Assembly: GCA_964016885.1 (NCBI GenBank)
Contig: OZ024741.1
Coordinates: forward strand, 228,532,001 to 228,596,000
DNA: 64,000 nucleotides
Reading direction: 5' to 3'
Origin: Eledone cirrhosa
Taxonomy: Eukaryota
This document shows, piece by piece, positions 1 to 13,773 of the stretch (its first letter is position 1; the number at the start of each line of letters is the position of its first letter). The notes below the pieces were generated by a model, which was not told the DNA's origin, made no database searches, and saw nothing but the letters and a program-made list of their open reading frames with translations. The position numbers and the translations under genes were made by a program.

Positions 1-199
1 TGCCTGTATTTATGCACTCTCTTCATAAATATGTGAATTTCAAATTTTACGAAGTTTCCCTTAATTGTTATGAGTGTACGTATATTCTAATCCAGATAAT
101 TTCAATGTTTTTAACGTTTAGGCTGATGGTGCTTCGAGTTGTATTTTCAGAAACGTTAGTGCATTCGCAGAAACACAATGTGTTCTAGTTATATATATA

Positions 200-273
200 T
201 AACTATAAAAATGTATATACACTTCGACAACATTCTAATCAAAATGTGTATACATCCTATGGGATGCCCTGTA
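200..273 (-). mobile_element. Partial ~80-bp Tc1/mariner-type micro-MITE
   Basis: Reverse complement TACAGGGCATCCCATAGGATGTATACACATTTTGATTAGAATG resembles the element at 49167-49243; the TA-CAG end is typical of Tc1/mariner. Confidence 0.45.
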
Positions 274-283
274 TATATATATC

Positions 284-417
284 TATCTAAGGCGGGTAAC
301 ATTCCCGAGATCCATTGACGAGTTCTCTCCAGCGGTCTCTGTCCCTCATTATCGCTGCCATGTCCTGCGTCTCCAACAGACCAGTGTCTGTCCTTAGGGC
401 ATCAACATACGTTAACC
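284..417 (-). mobile_element. 5'-truncated copy (3' end only) of the RTE LINE at 36.8-40.1 kb
   Basis: Reverse complement closely matches 39978-40110 (LTYVDALRTDTGLLET...MRDRDRWREL); flanked by (TA)n. Confidence 0.9.
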
Positions 418-420
<3 letters not shown>

Positions 421-470
<50 letters not shown>

Positions 471-486
471 GTGTGTGTGTGTGTGT

Positions 487-565
<79 letters not shown>
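421..565. repeat. Compound microsatellite (TA)n-(TG)n-(TAG)n
   Basis: Directly visible; source of the poly-L/V/S ORFs. Confidence 0.95.
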
Positions 566-631
566 AAAGGATGAAGGGAAAAGAACGGTCTTTGTTATCA
601 ACAAAGCTGAAATATTATTTATGTCTGCTCG

Positions 632-846
632 ATACAGTTGCTCGCTGCCTTAGGTTTTAAAGCATGTCTCCGAATTAACCATAATATTCTATTATAGTAT
701 ATTTGGGAATGCTCATCAATAGACGCGTAGATAAGATGACCACCTTATCTACACATTTGATGAACAACATCCACACCTATACTCTATTAGAACTTTATGT
801 ATAATGCAAGAGACATGCTTTGAAACCTAGGGCAACGAACACTGTA
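632..846. repeat. ~215-bp imperfect palindrome (MITE-like)
   Basis: TACAGTTGCTCGCTGCCTTAGGTTTTAAAGCATGTCTC pairs with GAGACATGCTTTGAAACCTAGGGCAACGAACACTGTA; inner arms GTAGATAAGATG/CACCTTATCTAC; TA-CAG...CTG-TA ends. Confidence 0.75.
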
Positions 847-947
847 TGTGTATATATGCACGCAAAAAGTGAACGGTAACAACAAAGCAAACAACATCGT
901 ACAATGAGGAACTATTTTAATTTAATGCTAGATGTAGTAGGAAAAGG

Positions 948-985
948 GTCTCTATGTTTCGGACACTAGTCCTTCATCAGAAAAT
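948..985 (-). ncRNA. Minimal hammerhead ribozyme, family A (decayed stem III)
   Basis: Minus strand CTGATGA-A-GGAC-TAGT-GTCC-GAAAC-ATA; downstream tail similar to the 19450 copy. Confidence 0.6.
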
Positions 986-1254
986 AGGACGACAAATAAA
1001 CGATGAAATAGAAAGAGTGTGAGAAGCGAAAGTAACGGAAGAAAGGTTTTTTGAGAAAAAAGATTGGTATTCAGTCAGTCCTTTTGGAGAAATATATATA
1101 TGTGCGCCTTGAAAATACTTGGCTTCAATTAGTCTACACATCATATTCAGTTACACAGACATTACTATGGTTATTAACCACGAACTTCCAACAATATAGG
1201 CAAACACGTCTGTGGACAGTTAAAGGGAGTACGCGGTCGCCGATACAGATTTCT

Positions 1255-1475
1255 CTGTCCCAACAGTATAGAAGTCTTGCGTCCTCTGTCGAAGCAGTGC
1301 CTGATAGACTAAAGGCTGTAATAATGAAGCGATGTGGATTAATTGAATAATGTTTTGCTGTAACATTGCTGAAAATGTTAGAAACTAGTGTACAAGCTTT
1401 CAAGTAAATTGGTTCAGATTTGGCTGAAATACATTGTTTAACATTTGTAACAGAACTTTTGAGTTACCCTCTAAA
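1255..1475 (+). mobile_element. Possible Tc1/mariner C-terminal remnant
   Basis: VEAVPDRLKAVIMKRCGLIE-stop resembles mariner transposase C-termini (compare the RLxAVIKANGRFIE end at 18.9 kb). Confidence 0.35.
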
Positions 1476-1695
1476 GGCAGCGTGTCTACAACTGTCTGTT
1501 ACATCGAGTATTGTGTAAAATCTATATATAAATATTATTATATTTTGGCACTATATAGATATCAAGAAATTAATCGAGGATTAAAACAATACTTTTTCTT
1601 CAATTATAATTTTCAACGTCTTTAGTTACGCTATCCCAAATCCAGAAACACCAACTCCAACGTCGCTGCCATTGCATGCACACACACATACGCAT

Positions 1696-1809
<114 letters not shown>

Positions 1810-2099
1810 GTATTTCGACCAATCGGTGTGTAGTTTCACTGAATTACTAAAGCTGATTGGTTTAGGCGTCAGGGTTGGTTGAGCATGTCTAACAACCACT
1901 AATTGATCCTATCCAAAGCATCAATTGTTTTGCTATTTTTAGAAATGATGAAAATAGCATTTTCTAGTAATCATCACCATCAACATCACTTTTATTATTA
2001 TTATTATTGTTGTTGTTGTTGTTAGTGGTCGTAGTCGACATGGTCGTAGTCATAGTCATAGTAGGAGTAATACCCCATTATTATTGTTTGGGTTGGGTT

Positions 2100-5000
2100 G
2101 GAATTTATCAATAACATTCTTTTCTTTGATTTTTCTCTTGATTTTACTTGGGCTGTGTAATTTGTAGAATGGGAATATTATAAATATTCCCTGACCACAT
2201 GTTGCTAGATGGTTACTTGGGGGTATCTGACGGACATTTGCTGACGGTGTACCCGTGCACGTTCCGATAGTGCATTTCCAGTTTGACCGACATATAGTTC
2301 TTCACAATTCGGGCATTTAATGCAGTAAATTAGATTTCTGCTTTTGCAGTTCATATTTGCATTTGGGAATATTTTTCCAGTTTTTGTTTTCATATATTGA
2401 CCGGCGTGTATGGATTGACATGTGCCACATCGATTATCATTGCATTTAGATTGATCTTTGTTGTTAAGGTCAAACTTTGCTTTTGTTAGTAATTGCTTCA
2501 AATTTTTCGGCTGTCTTTTACTAAGAGTCAAAGATCGATCTGTGATTAAGCCTTTTAATTCATTACTTTGAACAATGATCGGTAGGTTTGCTTTGGCAGT
2601 GTTGAAGATATTCTGGTGACATGGGTTGTGTGTCATTATAAATGGTATGACCAGTTCTTGGTTTCTTCTTCCTTGGCTTGTTCTAAGTTGTTGTATAGGT
2701 ATTTTTATAGCCCGCTGTATGCCATTTTCTATAAGTAGAAATGGGTATTTTTGTTTGAGCAAAAATTCTCTTAGTTCTGTTAGGCGTTTGTACCTGGTAT
2801 TCGTATCTTCTACAATGGTACAAATTCTTCTGGCGAGGCAGTATGGGATGTTGCGTTTTGTATGAGGTGGATGGCACGACTTAACATTCAGATATTGATG
2901 GGTGTCTGTGTGTTTATAATATATATCCGTGGTAATGGTGGTGTCGTTTTTGATTACCATTATATCTAGGAATGGTAATTTGGTCCTACTCATCTCTTTT
3001 GTGAATTGGAGAGATGGGTGTAGGTTATTCAGGAGGATATTGAACTCATCCAGAGTATCTAGAGATTCTGTCCAGATGATGAAACAGTCGTCAAGGTATC
3101 TCTTCCAAGATTTTTCAATGTACTTTCTAAAGTCAGTACTATATTTTCCCTCTATTTCTTGGTAGAGTTGTTGTTCTAAGTATCCCATTACAGAGTTCGT
3201 GTAAACGGGAGCAAACTTCGTTCCCATCGCTGTGCCTCTAATTTGGATGTAATTCTTTCCATTGAAGAAGAAAGTGTTGTTTTCCAGAATAAGTTTAACT
3301 GCGTCTAATATAAATGGCGCTGTGAATCTGATGGGAATCACTTCTCTATGTTTTCCACCCAGTATTTACCCGCCTTTATTCCTAAATGATGTGTAATATT
3401 GATGTAAAGGCTTACCACATCAAAACTAAGTAGAAGTGAATTCGTTTCCGTGGTTTTGGGAAGATGGGACAGGAAGTCGATATCATCCCGGATGAAACAC
3501 GGTATGTGAATACATAGTGGTTTCAAAATAATGTCAGCAAAATTGCTTAGACGGTGGGTGGGGCATGTTGGACCAGCTATAATAGGTCTAAGTTTTAAGT
3601 CTTTTGGGTGTAGTAATTTAATGTACTCACTGTTTTGTTCTCTTACTGCCAGTTGTATTTCTTTTGACTTATGAACTTTCGGTAGGCCATACAGGTTGCT
3701 GGGTTTTGGCTCAAAATTGGTGATGTAGTCTCTTTTCTTATCAGTAAATGAGTTGTGGTATTTTGAAGCCAGGTTGTTGATCTTCTTCATGATGTTGTGG
3801 TCTCTATATTTGACGGTATTTCATGATGGAATGTTGTGTCTTTCAGTTGTTCCTCAACCAAATCCTTGTAGTATTCAGCATCCATTATAACAACTGCACC
3901 CCCTTTATCTGCTTGTTTAATTATTATTGTTTTATCATTTTGTATACGTTTAAGTGCAGACATTTCTGATTTGTTAATATTTGGCCTAACATTAGTATTA
4001 CGATTAAGAGGAAATTTAGACAGGGTGTCACTGTATTGGTCGAGATAGATATTTCTTCCTTTTGGCGGAGTGAAATTTGATTTATTCTTTACTAGTGATT
4101 CATCACTCTCATTACTTTTATCAGCGAAGAATTCTACAAGACGTAATTTTCGACAGAATTCTTGCGTATCCTCCTTCAGTTCTTGGTGGTTGACTGTTGG
4201 AGTCGGTGTGAATTTTAGTCCTTTTGACAGAATTTGCATTTCATCATTGTCAAGATCTCTTTTGGATAAATTAATTATTTTAGGATCTACGTGTACAGTT
4301 GTTTTGGGTATGTTTCATCCTGGAGTTTTTCTTTTTCCGGTTTTTGTTGTCCTGACGTTAAAAAATGGATTTTTCTCTGTTCAGGATTTATATTCCTGTT
4401 GGTGTTCGCTTGATGAACTTTTGGTCGTGATATTATATTCTGTCCTATTTTTGGTATTATGTATATTATTTTTCCATTTCTTGTTAGCATTATTTTTAAC
4501 AATCTGGGGGAAATGACCTAGGTTTGCTTTCAGGTTTAGATCGTTTTTTCGCCCAGTTTCTTGTGGGTAATCTCTGTTGAGATCTTGAGAGTGATCTGGT
4601 TATTCTACGTTTTGTTTCCCCATTCCTTGTGGGTAGTCTCTGTTCAGATCTTGAGAATGATCTCCTGGTTTTACTACTTCTCATGGTCTGGTCAAAGTAA
4701 TATCTATCGTGTTTGTGCTTTTTGTTCATGTTGTGTGCGATAGGGTGTTTTTGTAGAAAAAACGAAGAGTTATTACCGTAGTTCTTCTTTGATTCAAGGT
4801 AAGGTGAGTGTTTGTGTTGGCACGTGTTCTGGCGTATGTTGTGTTGGTGAGATTGTCCACTTTTAATGCTTTTTCTCGGGGTTCTTTACCGTAATTTGCA
4901 GAGTCTTTACCGTAATTTGCAGCATATTCGTCGAGAAATAATTGTTTCTGCTGCCATGCCCTTCTTGATTTGTTTTCTTCTTTTGAGATATCTCTGATCC

Positions 5001-5150
5001 ATAGTTCTCGTAGTTTTTCAGCTATAATACCAGTCGTTAGCTTTGAAATTTCAACTTCAATTTGGTCATCGATAGCTTCATGTTTGGCTTTGTAGCAGGA
5101 TTGTTTACATTGAGAAATGGAGATATCAGTCCTGAATTTTGTCCTGAATA
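2100..5150 (-). mobile_element. Decayed Penelope-like retroelement (ORF1 + RT + Cys linker + GIY-YIG; Neptune-like)
   Basis: LSKGLKFTPTP, IKQADKGGAVV, YGLPKVHK, RPII, FDVVSLY, GTAMG, RYLDD, LPFLD, CxxxxCxxC linker, IYCIKCPNC..YVGQT; frameshifts at ~3790 and ~3340. Confidence 0.95.
2205..4290 (-). pseudogene. PLE reverse transcriptase-GIY-YIG endonuclease, frameshifted
   Basis: ORFs 3787-4239, 3338-3790 and 2205-3341 join into one protein collinear with 41935-43740. Confidence 0.93.
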
Positions 5151-5442
5151 TTATAAATTTTAAAGGATTGTAAATAAAACGAGTAAATCAGACAAAGTTG
5201 GAATTCCTTTTATTAATATAATCTTCTATACACAATCATACAGACCCGTGTATATTTATCTATCTCTCTCTCTCTATATATATACATATATATATATAAA
5301 TATATATATATACATGCATATATATACATATGTATACATATATATATATATACATATATATATATACATATATATATGTATATATATTTATATATACACA
5401 AACTCACACACACACACATATATCTATATATATATATATATG

Positions 5443-5481
<39 letters not shown>

Positions 5482-5484
<3 letters not shown>

Positions 5485-7143
5485 AAGAAAGAAGAGTAAC
5501 ATGGTTGGCTGTACAATAAGGGCTTTATTTAAAGTACTGACAATTGTTTCGTTGATCAGGTGTGTCTAGAGTTCGCTAATCGCTTGAGGTTGCGTTAATC
5601 GATCTCCAATACATTGTTTACCACTGGTCAACACATCAGAGTACGTAGATATGAAAATAATTCACTCGAGGCAAGACTTATATAGAAAAACAGCGTAAAA
5701 CCAAAACAATAACATCAATAATAAAATAAATAGCGTATAATTAAAACAATAAAATCAATAATAAAACAAGTATGGTAAATAGATAAAAAAGATACAAATG
5801 TAAAAATTAAAAGTAAAATATAAGGTAGGGTGCATTAAAAAATAATAAGAAAATGAGGAAATGGAACATATAAAGAAAGAAATGAGTGAGAGAGTGCAAG
5901 TAGATATTAATAGTTTTTGTGTAAGTGTTCTTATAAGGATTTGTTGGTGCTAACATGAGAAACCAGATTTGAGATGTAGATAAATATGTGTAGATGGTCC
6001 GATAAAAGAAAAGACAATAAATTAGATATTAATTGGTGTATATGTATATGATATTTATGGGCTAGGGATGACTGGACGTTTGATAAACGTTTGTTGTAAA
6101 TGTTTTTCTGATTGTTCTATCTTAATGGGGTTGATGGAGAGAGGGTGGAAGATGTGTACAGAGATTTATGATCCAGTGACCAGTTGGCAGTTCGATAGCT
6201 AATAGTGGTGCAATGGTGTTTGTTCTATATGTTAAAATTTAGGTTGTTCAGTACTAATTTTGGAATTGCTGGTTCAAATCATGGTGGTTTGAAGTTTGTA
6301 AATCTAGTAGTTATTTTATGCCTACAGAAAATAGAACTTTCTATTTTTCTGTTAAGCAGCATCCTGTCGTACCTTAAAAAATGTACTAGTTCTAAATTAC
6401 AAAGCCCGCAGTGGAACATACCGTTTCTGTAGGCTTTTGCTACCGATAATTTTGACCAGCTAATCTTATATTCTAGGTTTTTGTCCTTAAGCTGCCAAAT
6501 TTTATTGGCGAGCGTTGTAGAGTTCTCCAGTGCACGGTTCTTCATGGAGTGTCTGTGGACGCACCACCTTTTCTTAAACTCCCCAGCTGTGGAACCTATG
6601 TAATGCCAAGTAGAGTTGCCGGAATTCACAGTACACAGGTATACCATACTCGAATCCAGGCATCTGTTCCGTAGTGGGTACTTATCTGGTAGGTGGCAAT
6701 TACGATTTGAGGTTTTATTTTGTGCAGGTGTGTCGTTGTGGTTTTGCATGTTGCTGTGGCTGGGTTGTGATTTAGGCCTATTAATGTTTTGTTATGATGC
6801 GTTCTGATTCGTTTGTGGTTGTGATGTTGTTATGTGTTTGTGTTTTGTATTTAGGGCAATGGTGGCCGTTGGTAGGTTAATTTCTTTAGAGATATTTTTG
6901 TGGTTGATCTTACGTATGTGCGATTCTATGTTGGCTGAAGTAGAGTATGAAAGTTTTATAGTTTTTATATTAAAGATTTTATGGTATTTGTGTAGTGTAG
7001 AGAAGTGCTTATCTTTTAGTTTAAAGAATGTAGAAGGTAGTTTAGTTTTTATAGAGGAGTTGGATATTGGATTGAACCATAGGTACTTTCTTTCTCTGCA
7101 TCTTCTACAGTTTTGGGGCGTCCTAATATTAGTGTTCAGTTCA
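5482..7143 (-). mobile_element. 5'-truncated PLE: GIY-YIG domain, AT-rich 3' region and HHR
   Basis: ORF 6279-6749 VYLC..HYIGST, FKKRW..H, ISWSKL, CGLCNLE, LLNRK.E...CRH; (TA)n on both sides. Confidence 0.85.
5534..5644 (-). ncRNA. Hammerhead ribozyme with large stem II insertion
   Basis: GTACT-CTGATGT-GTTGACCAG..~60 nt..CTGATCAAC-GAAAC-AATT-GTC-AGTAC; core A9 appears changed to U. Confidence 0.7.
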
Positions 7144-7252
<109 letters not shown>

Positions 7253-7474
7253 TTATATATATATATATATTGCCACCATGACCCTTCCAAAGTATAACAC
7301 CATCTGTTTCGGCATTTTACATTAAGAATCTTCTTGCAAAACAAATACAATAAGGAAATATATATATATACATATATAAGTGTTGAATTTTCCGTGGAAA
7401 AAGTAAAAGGAATGAAGAGTGCTCTATGTAAGTAACAGAGCTAGGTATTTAATGTATAATAAACAACACAGTAT

Positions 7475-7552
7475 AATTACCTCATTACCCGAGGTTTCCC
7501 GAACAGGACGAACATAAAAGACGTCCGCATTCGTTCGTCAGATAAGGCAATA
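7475..7552 (-). ncRNA. Hammerhead ribozyme with extended stem II
   Basis: ATTGCCTTAT-CTGACGA-ACGAATGCGGACG..CGTCCTGTTCGG-GAAAC-CTCGG-GTA-ATGAGGTAAT; 10-bp stem I. Confidence 0.75.
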
Positions 7553-7873
7553 TAACATATTGAGATATTTGAAAATAGCTCATCAAGAAAGGCTAAAATG
7601 TTTAACGGAAAAAATATAAATAAAAGTAATAAGACAAAAAATATATAAAAATAAAGATAAAGAAATATAGTGAGATGATGTGTGTATATGTACATATATA
7701 TGCGCATGTGTGTATATGTACATACATATGTACATATGTACATGTGTGTATATGTACAACTGCATGTGTATAGTGAAAATATGTATGCGTAAGTACATAC
7801 ATGAGGGTAAATATATTGGTGTATATGTGACCACAAATACACATATATATGTGTTAAAAATAGAAATTGTAAA

Positions 7874-8060
7874 ATAATTGTTTCTACTTTTTGGCACAAG
7901 GCCAGCAATTACACAGTGCATTACTGGTACTTTATTTTATCGACCCCGTAAGGATGAAAGGTAAAGTTAACCTCGGCGGGATTTGAACTCAGAATGGCAT
8001 GGGCCGTAACTCTATACGTCAAAGCATGGCGTCCGACCCTCTACTGATACTGCCAATTCA
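7874..8060 (-). mobile_element. tRNA-derived SINE
   Basis: A box TGGCAGTATCAGTAG, B box GAGTTCAAATC, core CCTTTCATCCTTACGGGGTCGATAAAATAAAGTACCAG. Confidence 0.9.
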
Positions 8061-8597
8061 ATAATGAAGTAGTGCGCACATGCAGACGCAAAGACTAAGG
8101 GCTGATATATATACACATATAAACGTAAAAGGACGCACGCACACAAACATATATATACACGCGACCACATACAGGTTGGTTTGGTTACTCCGGATTAATG
8201 TAAAATAAGTAAAATATATATATAAAAGTTTACATATATATATGTACATACACATACATATACGTGTTTTGCAACTGGTCACTTTTTGGCTCAATGAAAA
8301 ATTAATAAATTAAACAATCAGAGCTATATATCATAAAACATGTCTATAGAATCACAAGATAAAATATATACTATTTCCTCTCCCAATTAGCATAATTAAC
8401 TATATAAATAATCGAATAGACCAGGCTATACGAATGAGGCTTCCATGAAGGAATCTCCGACAAATAACCAAAACTAGCGCTTCGCGTCGGCCGTAGTGGA
8501 ATATTTGTCGAATATTTCGACAGCGTAATCGCCTAGATACAGTCAACTAAGCAGAATTAGGTTTAAAATAAACTAGGAGAAAATAGAATACATTTTA

Positions 8598-9182
<585 letters not shown>

Positions 9183-10014
9183 ATCTGGAAGGATCTACAA
9201 TGGGCGCTGCCCATCCTTCTCCAATTAATTAATTAAAAATATATGATGTTGGCATGTGTATATTACTTTCCGTCTTTCACAATCTTTCTTTCATAATCAC
9301 AATATTCACCCTCTCTCTTTCTCTCTCGCTCATTCTCTCTCTTTCTCCCCCCTCTCACTCTCTCTGTCCATATCTAACCCACATCATCCCCACCACTTTC
9401 CCTGATTCTTCCCCCACTCCTCATCTAGTCAGATGAAGACATCAGTGATGTGTCGTTCACTGTGTTAATAAGCAACATAATATTTTCCTGTTGGTTTACT
9501 ATTTCCACCGCCAAACGGCACCACCGACTACTCTACCATTCGCAACGCCATTTTTGTCGTTTTGATTATTTTTTCTCCTACCATCTGTCTCCCATCCCCC
9601 ATCTCTAACCATCTCTTTCTCTCTCCCTACCTATTTTACCTCTCCGTTTCCTGTATTTTACCTGTGACCCAGATAAATCAGGTACACTAAGTTTATTCTA
9701 AATGCCATTAAAATGCAGGTGTCCTTTTTCACTGCAAATGCACTTATTAATGCCGTTATTTTATATAAATTTTCTTCGTTTTCATTAATATTATCATCAT
9801 CATCATTATTATTATTATTATTATTATTATATTATTTTTATTTTCTTTCATTATTGTTTCTGAGATATATACGGAGTGTCTTCCTGACACCTAGGGCAAA
9901 TAAATTCACAGTGTGCATTGGTAAGCCAGTTAATACAGCACATTGATTATAATAAAAAAAAACAGTATACATATATACACATGTGCATATGCATCTGTAA
10001 ATACAAGGAGGGTT

Positions 10015-10490
10015 ATCAATCTTACAGAGATAGTGCTCTTCTCAATACGTGTGCAGTACCAGTCAAAACAGTTTCTTTGTACCTCGTGCAGAGAAGGTAA
10101 ACCAGGAATCATTCGGAAATATTCTTCTGTTCCTTTCTTGATCATTCCCAGTCCTCCCACAATTACTGGTATTGTAACGGCCTTGAGGTGCCACCTTTTC
10201 TCAATTTCAATAAGCAGATCTTTATATTTTCGTAGCTTGTCAAATTGTTTTGCCGCGATATTGTGATCACATGGGATGTTCATATCTATCAATAAACAGA
10301 CCTTGTTATGTTGATCTTTTACAATGATGTCAGGTCTATTTGCTTTTATGGTCCTGTCAGCATGTACAGGAAAGTCCCAGAGAATTGCTACTTTTTCTCC
10401 TTCAGTTACAGCCTCAGGGTAATGATTGTACCACTTGTCTTCAGCTTTGATTTTGTAATGCCCAGTGTAGATATTGGCCAACTCTGTCAT
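10015..10490 (-). mobile_element. Non-LTR retrotransposon 3' fragment with restriction-like endonuclease (R4/Dong-like)
   Basis: ILWDFPVHADRTIKANRPDII..LLID..IP..KLRKY..IPVIVGGLG, a PD-(D/E)xK RLE domain. Confidence 0.85.
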
Positions 10491-10499
10491 GTCTATATT

Positions 10500-12865
10500 T
10501 GTATTCTACTGGTGCTAAAACTTTACATCCAGGGACTTACTGATCCACTGTTTCAACCTCAGCATTGCAGAATCGGCACTTTGGGTTTATTCCGTTTCTC
10601 ATCACATTGGCCTGGTAATTACGAGTCAATAAGCTTTTGAAGATGAAGCCTTCACTCTCCGCTCCGCCTTTAGCCCTGAACTACGTAGCCACTGGTGGGT
10701 GTGCTTTTGGTCAACATCAGCTTGTTTGCTACGGGCCACATATTTGCCATGCAGAGGTTTCTGCTCCCAATTTGATGCTAATTGCCTTCCCTCTCTCTTT
10801 TAGCTTACCAACATGGCTATATTAAGAGTAGGAAGTTTAAATGTTCGCGGCCTGGGGTCACCCTGGAAGCAGGGTCGTCTGCTCAACCACCTCAGGTCTC
10901 TGGAAATGGATGTGATTGCCGTCAGCGAAACCAGAATTTCCGACACGCGCGCACTAGCCCCCATTTTCGACGACTATCAGATCTTCGCATCTGTTAACAG
11001 GCCGGGAATGGAAGGTGGGTTGACAGTGCTGTTTAGGAAAGGACTGGATCTCGAGGTAAGGTCGATCATCCGGGACCCGGACGGTAAGTTGGTGGTCTTG
11101 GGTGTGAGCAGTAGCGAAGGTGGTGCCTTTAGACTGCTAGCCGTCTACGCATAGACAAAACAATAGACGCATACACAAACACAGATACACTCACAGCCAC
11201 AGATCCTTTGTCTTCCAGCAGCGAAGATGTAGGAAAACCCAAAAGTGCCAAAAAACAGAGAAAACACACATATGGGGGCCGGACGATCGGACTTCTTTAG
11301 GCGCCTGGAGACCTTTCTGGGTACGTCTCGCCCTTTACTGTTAGCGGGGGACTGGAACAGCATTTTAGATGCTCGCTGGGATTGTGTGGGAGTAGCTGAT
11401 AGGAGCGGGGGATGCAAAAGCCTCAAGCACCTAATCAGCTAGTTTCAACTGTCTGACAGGTATCGACTAGATTTCCCCAAAGCGCCAGCAGCATGGGGTT
11501 ATCTAGATCGTATATAGACAGGATCTTCATTAGGAAAATGGATGGAAATAGTGTAGGCTGCCCACCTTTTAAAACGGTCGCCTATTCACATCACAAATGT
11601 GTGATCTGTATGGTCGACCTAGATAAAACGCGTAGATTGGGACCGGGTTACTGGAAGCTGAACACGTTATTTCCGGCACGTAGGGCTTACAGGGACCGAG
11701 TCAACAATTTAGCTACACAAAAGTTGACAGAGGGGCTCTCAAAAGAGAGATTAGAGTAACTTCGATAGAGTTCAGCAAAGAACTAGTGTTAGAGAAAAAT
11801 AGAAAGGAGGTGGAGCTGGTAGATAAGTTAGCCGAGGCTATTTGTAGTGGCATTGCAACTGACGTGCTAGCATCGAGAATGGCATTAGACCATTTCTTCA
11901 ATGCGAAACACGAAGGTTGCATTGTCAGACCTAAGGCGCGTGCGCTGAGAAACGAGGGAACCAAAGCTCTTCGATGGGCAAACCGATCAGTGGAACTTCC
12001 ACTCTCGAGTTCTATAGAGGATTAGTGGTGGAGAAGTGCGATGACGCACTTGGAGAAGCTTTGGGCCTCGACGAAGTCGAACTGACCAGTCTGTACCGGA
12101 GGACTTTCGCGTCGGGGACGATGGACACTTTCCAGAAATCCCTCGCTTGGCAGTGCTACCGGTGGGAACTGCCGGTTCGGGATAAACTCTACAGGCACGG
12201 AAGTGCTGTCAGACGGACCTGCCCGAGATGCGCACAGAGCGACGAAACCGTTCTGCATGCACTTGTCCAAAGTCCGTGCATTACTGACTTGTAGAGCTAT
12301 GTCGAAGAGCTACTGTCACGTATGGAACGGATCCGGCTATCGGCCGAGTCCATAGTGAAGATCGACCCGCCACCTTCCTCACGCAATTTTCCTCTGTCTG
12401 GTGGCCATTGCGAAAGAGGTTATATAGTGGACCAGATTGAAAGGACTGAAGACAGACACTTTTGTCTTCGGCCAGTCCCTCAGCAACTTCTTCAAGTTTC
12501 ACCTGGAAAGGAAGGTGAGGCTGTAGAGAGAAGTGCTACCCCCCAGTACATTTGCTAAAAGGTGGATGAATGTGGCCCGTGTGAATGGGCCTACTCTGAC
12601 CATGCGACTATAGGCTAGCTAACTTGAGGAGAGGTGTGCTCTCCCTGGGTGCCCTAGAAGCGCAAGGTAGTTCAGGATTGGTGGGGTACCTATAGTGGAA
12701 TTTATTTTGTTATATTTATGCATAGTTTATTTTATATTTTTTATATTTTCATTGTTGAATTGGTCTTGCCATTGCGCCCGTTTACTCGACCTTATTGTAA
12801 AGCCCCACGGTCCCTATCTTTGTATAGTCCCCTAAATGTCGGCTCGTGTGGCCAATAAATGAAAT
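10500..12865 (+). mobile_element. Internally deleted L1/Tx1-like LINE (APE endonuclease + C-terminal Zn finger, no RT)
   Basis: GSLNVRGL, SET, LLAGDWN, YIDRIF, PGYWKLN, then LPVRDKL..CPRC..ETVLHAL; AATAAA near 12854 followed by an ATT-rich tail. Confidence 0.85.
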
Positions 12866-12958
12866 CATTATTATTCTTATTATTGTCTTTAATTATCGCT
12901 GTTGCTGTTTTCATTATTGGTATTATCATTCTCACCATTATTTTCGTCGTCGTCGTCA

Positions 12959-13180
12959 TGGGCGGTGGATTGGCAGTATCGGTAGAAGGTCGGACGCCAT
13001 GATTTGCAACATAGAGTTACGGCCCTTTATGATCTGAGTTCAAATCCCGCCAAGGTTAACTTTGCCTTTCATCCTTACGGGGTCGATAAAATAAAGTACC
13101 AGTCACGCACTGGGGTCAATTTAATCGACTTCCCCTCCTCTCAAATTCCAGGCCTTGTACCTATATAACAAACCATTATT
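12959..13180 (+). mobile_element. tRNA-derived SINE (long variant)
   Basis: A/B boxes and conserved core; ends in ATTATT next to (CA)n. Confidence 0.9.
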
Positions 13181-13204
13181 TACACACACGCATACACACA
13201 CACG

Positions 13205-13247
<43 letters not shown>

Positions 13248-13248
13248 G

Positions 13249-13291
<43 letters not shown>

Positions 13292-13456
13292 GTACGAGTA
13301 AAATTTGTTTGTAGAAATATGTTTATAAACAAAAATAAAACAAGTAAGATTGCTTACCAAAGTATTTTCTCAACATGGTCTGTGTAGATTACAGTAATAG
13401 TCCAATAGGAAGGATCAGATTATAGTATCCAGGTGGAAGATCACGGAGTAATAATA

Positions 13457-13604
13457 TTTTTAAATGTATAGGAAAAACAAACACTAGGCGTGAAGTATAG
13501 AAACAAGTGAAGAAATTTATGTTAAAGAATGAACTTTTGATAAAATTCTTCACTTTTTTCTATACTTCAAGCCTAGTGTTTGTTTTTCCTATACATTTAA
13601 AAAA
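13457..13604. repeat. Inverted repeat with ~63-bp arms
   Basis: TTTTTAAATGTATAGGAAAAACAAACACTAGGC... pairs with ...GCCTAGTGTTTGTTTTTCCTATACATTTAAAAA. Confidence 0.9.
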
Positions 13605-13688
13605 GATTTCTATTATATACACTCTGCGTGGGCATAGATTGCTTGAATTGGTTGGTAACAACACCAGTATTTCACCGTACTAGCGATA

Positions 13689-13773
<85 letters not shown>

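Noticed and set aside
12959-13055. tRNA genes
   Set aside because: The A/B boxes belong to SINE heads; no cloverleaf, always followed by the SINE core
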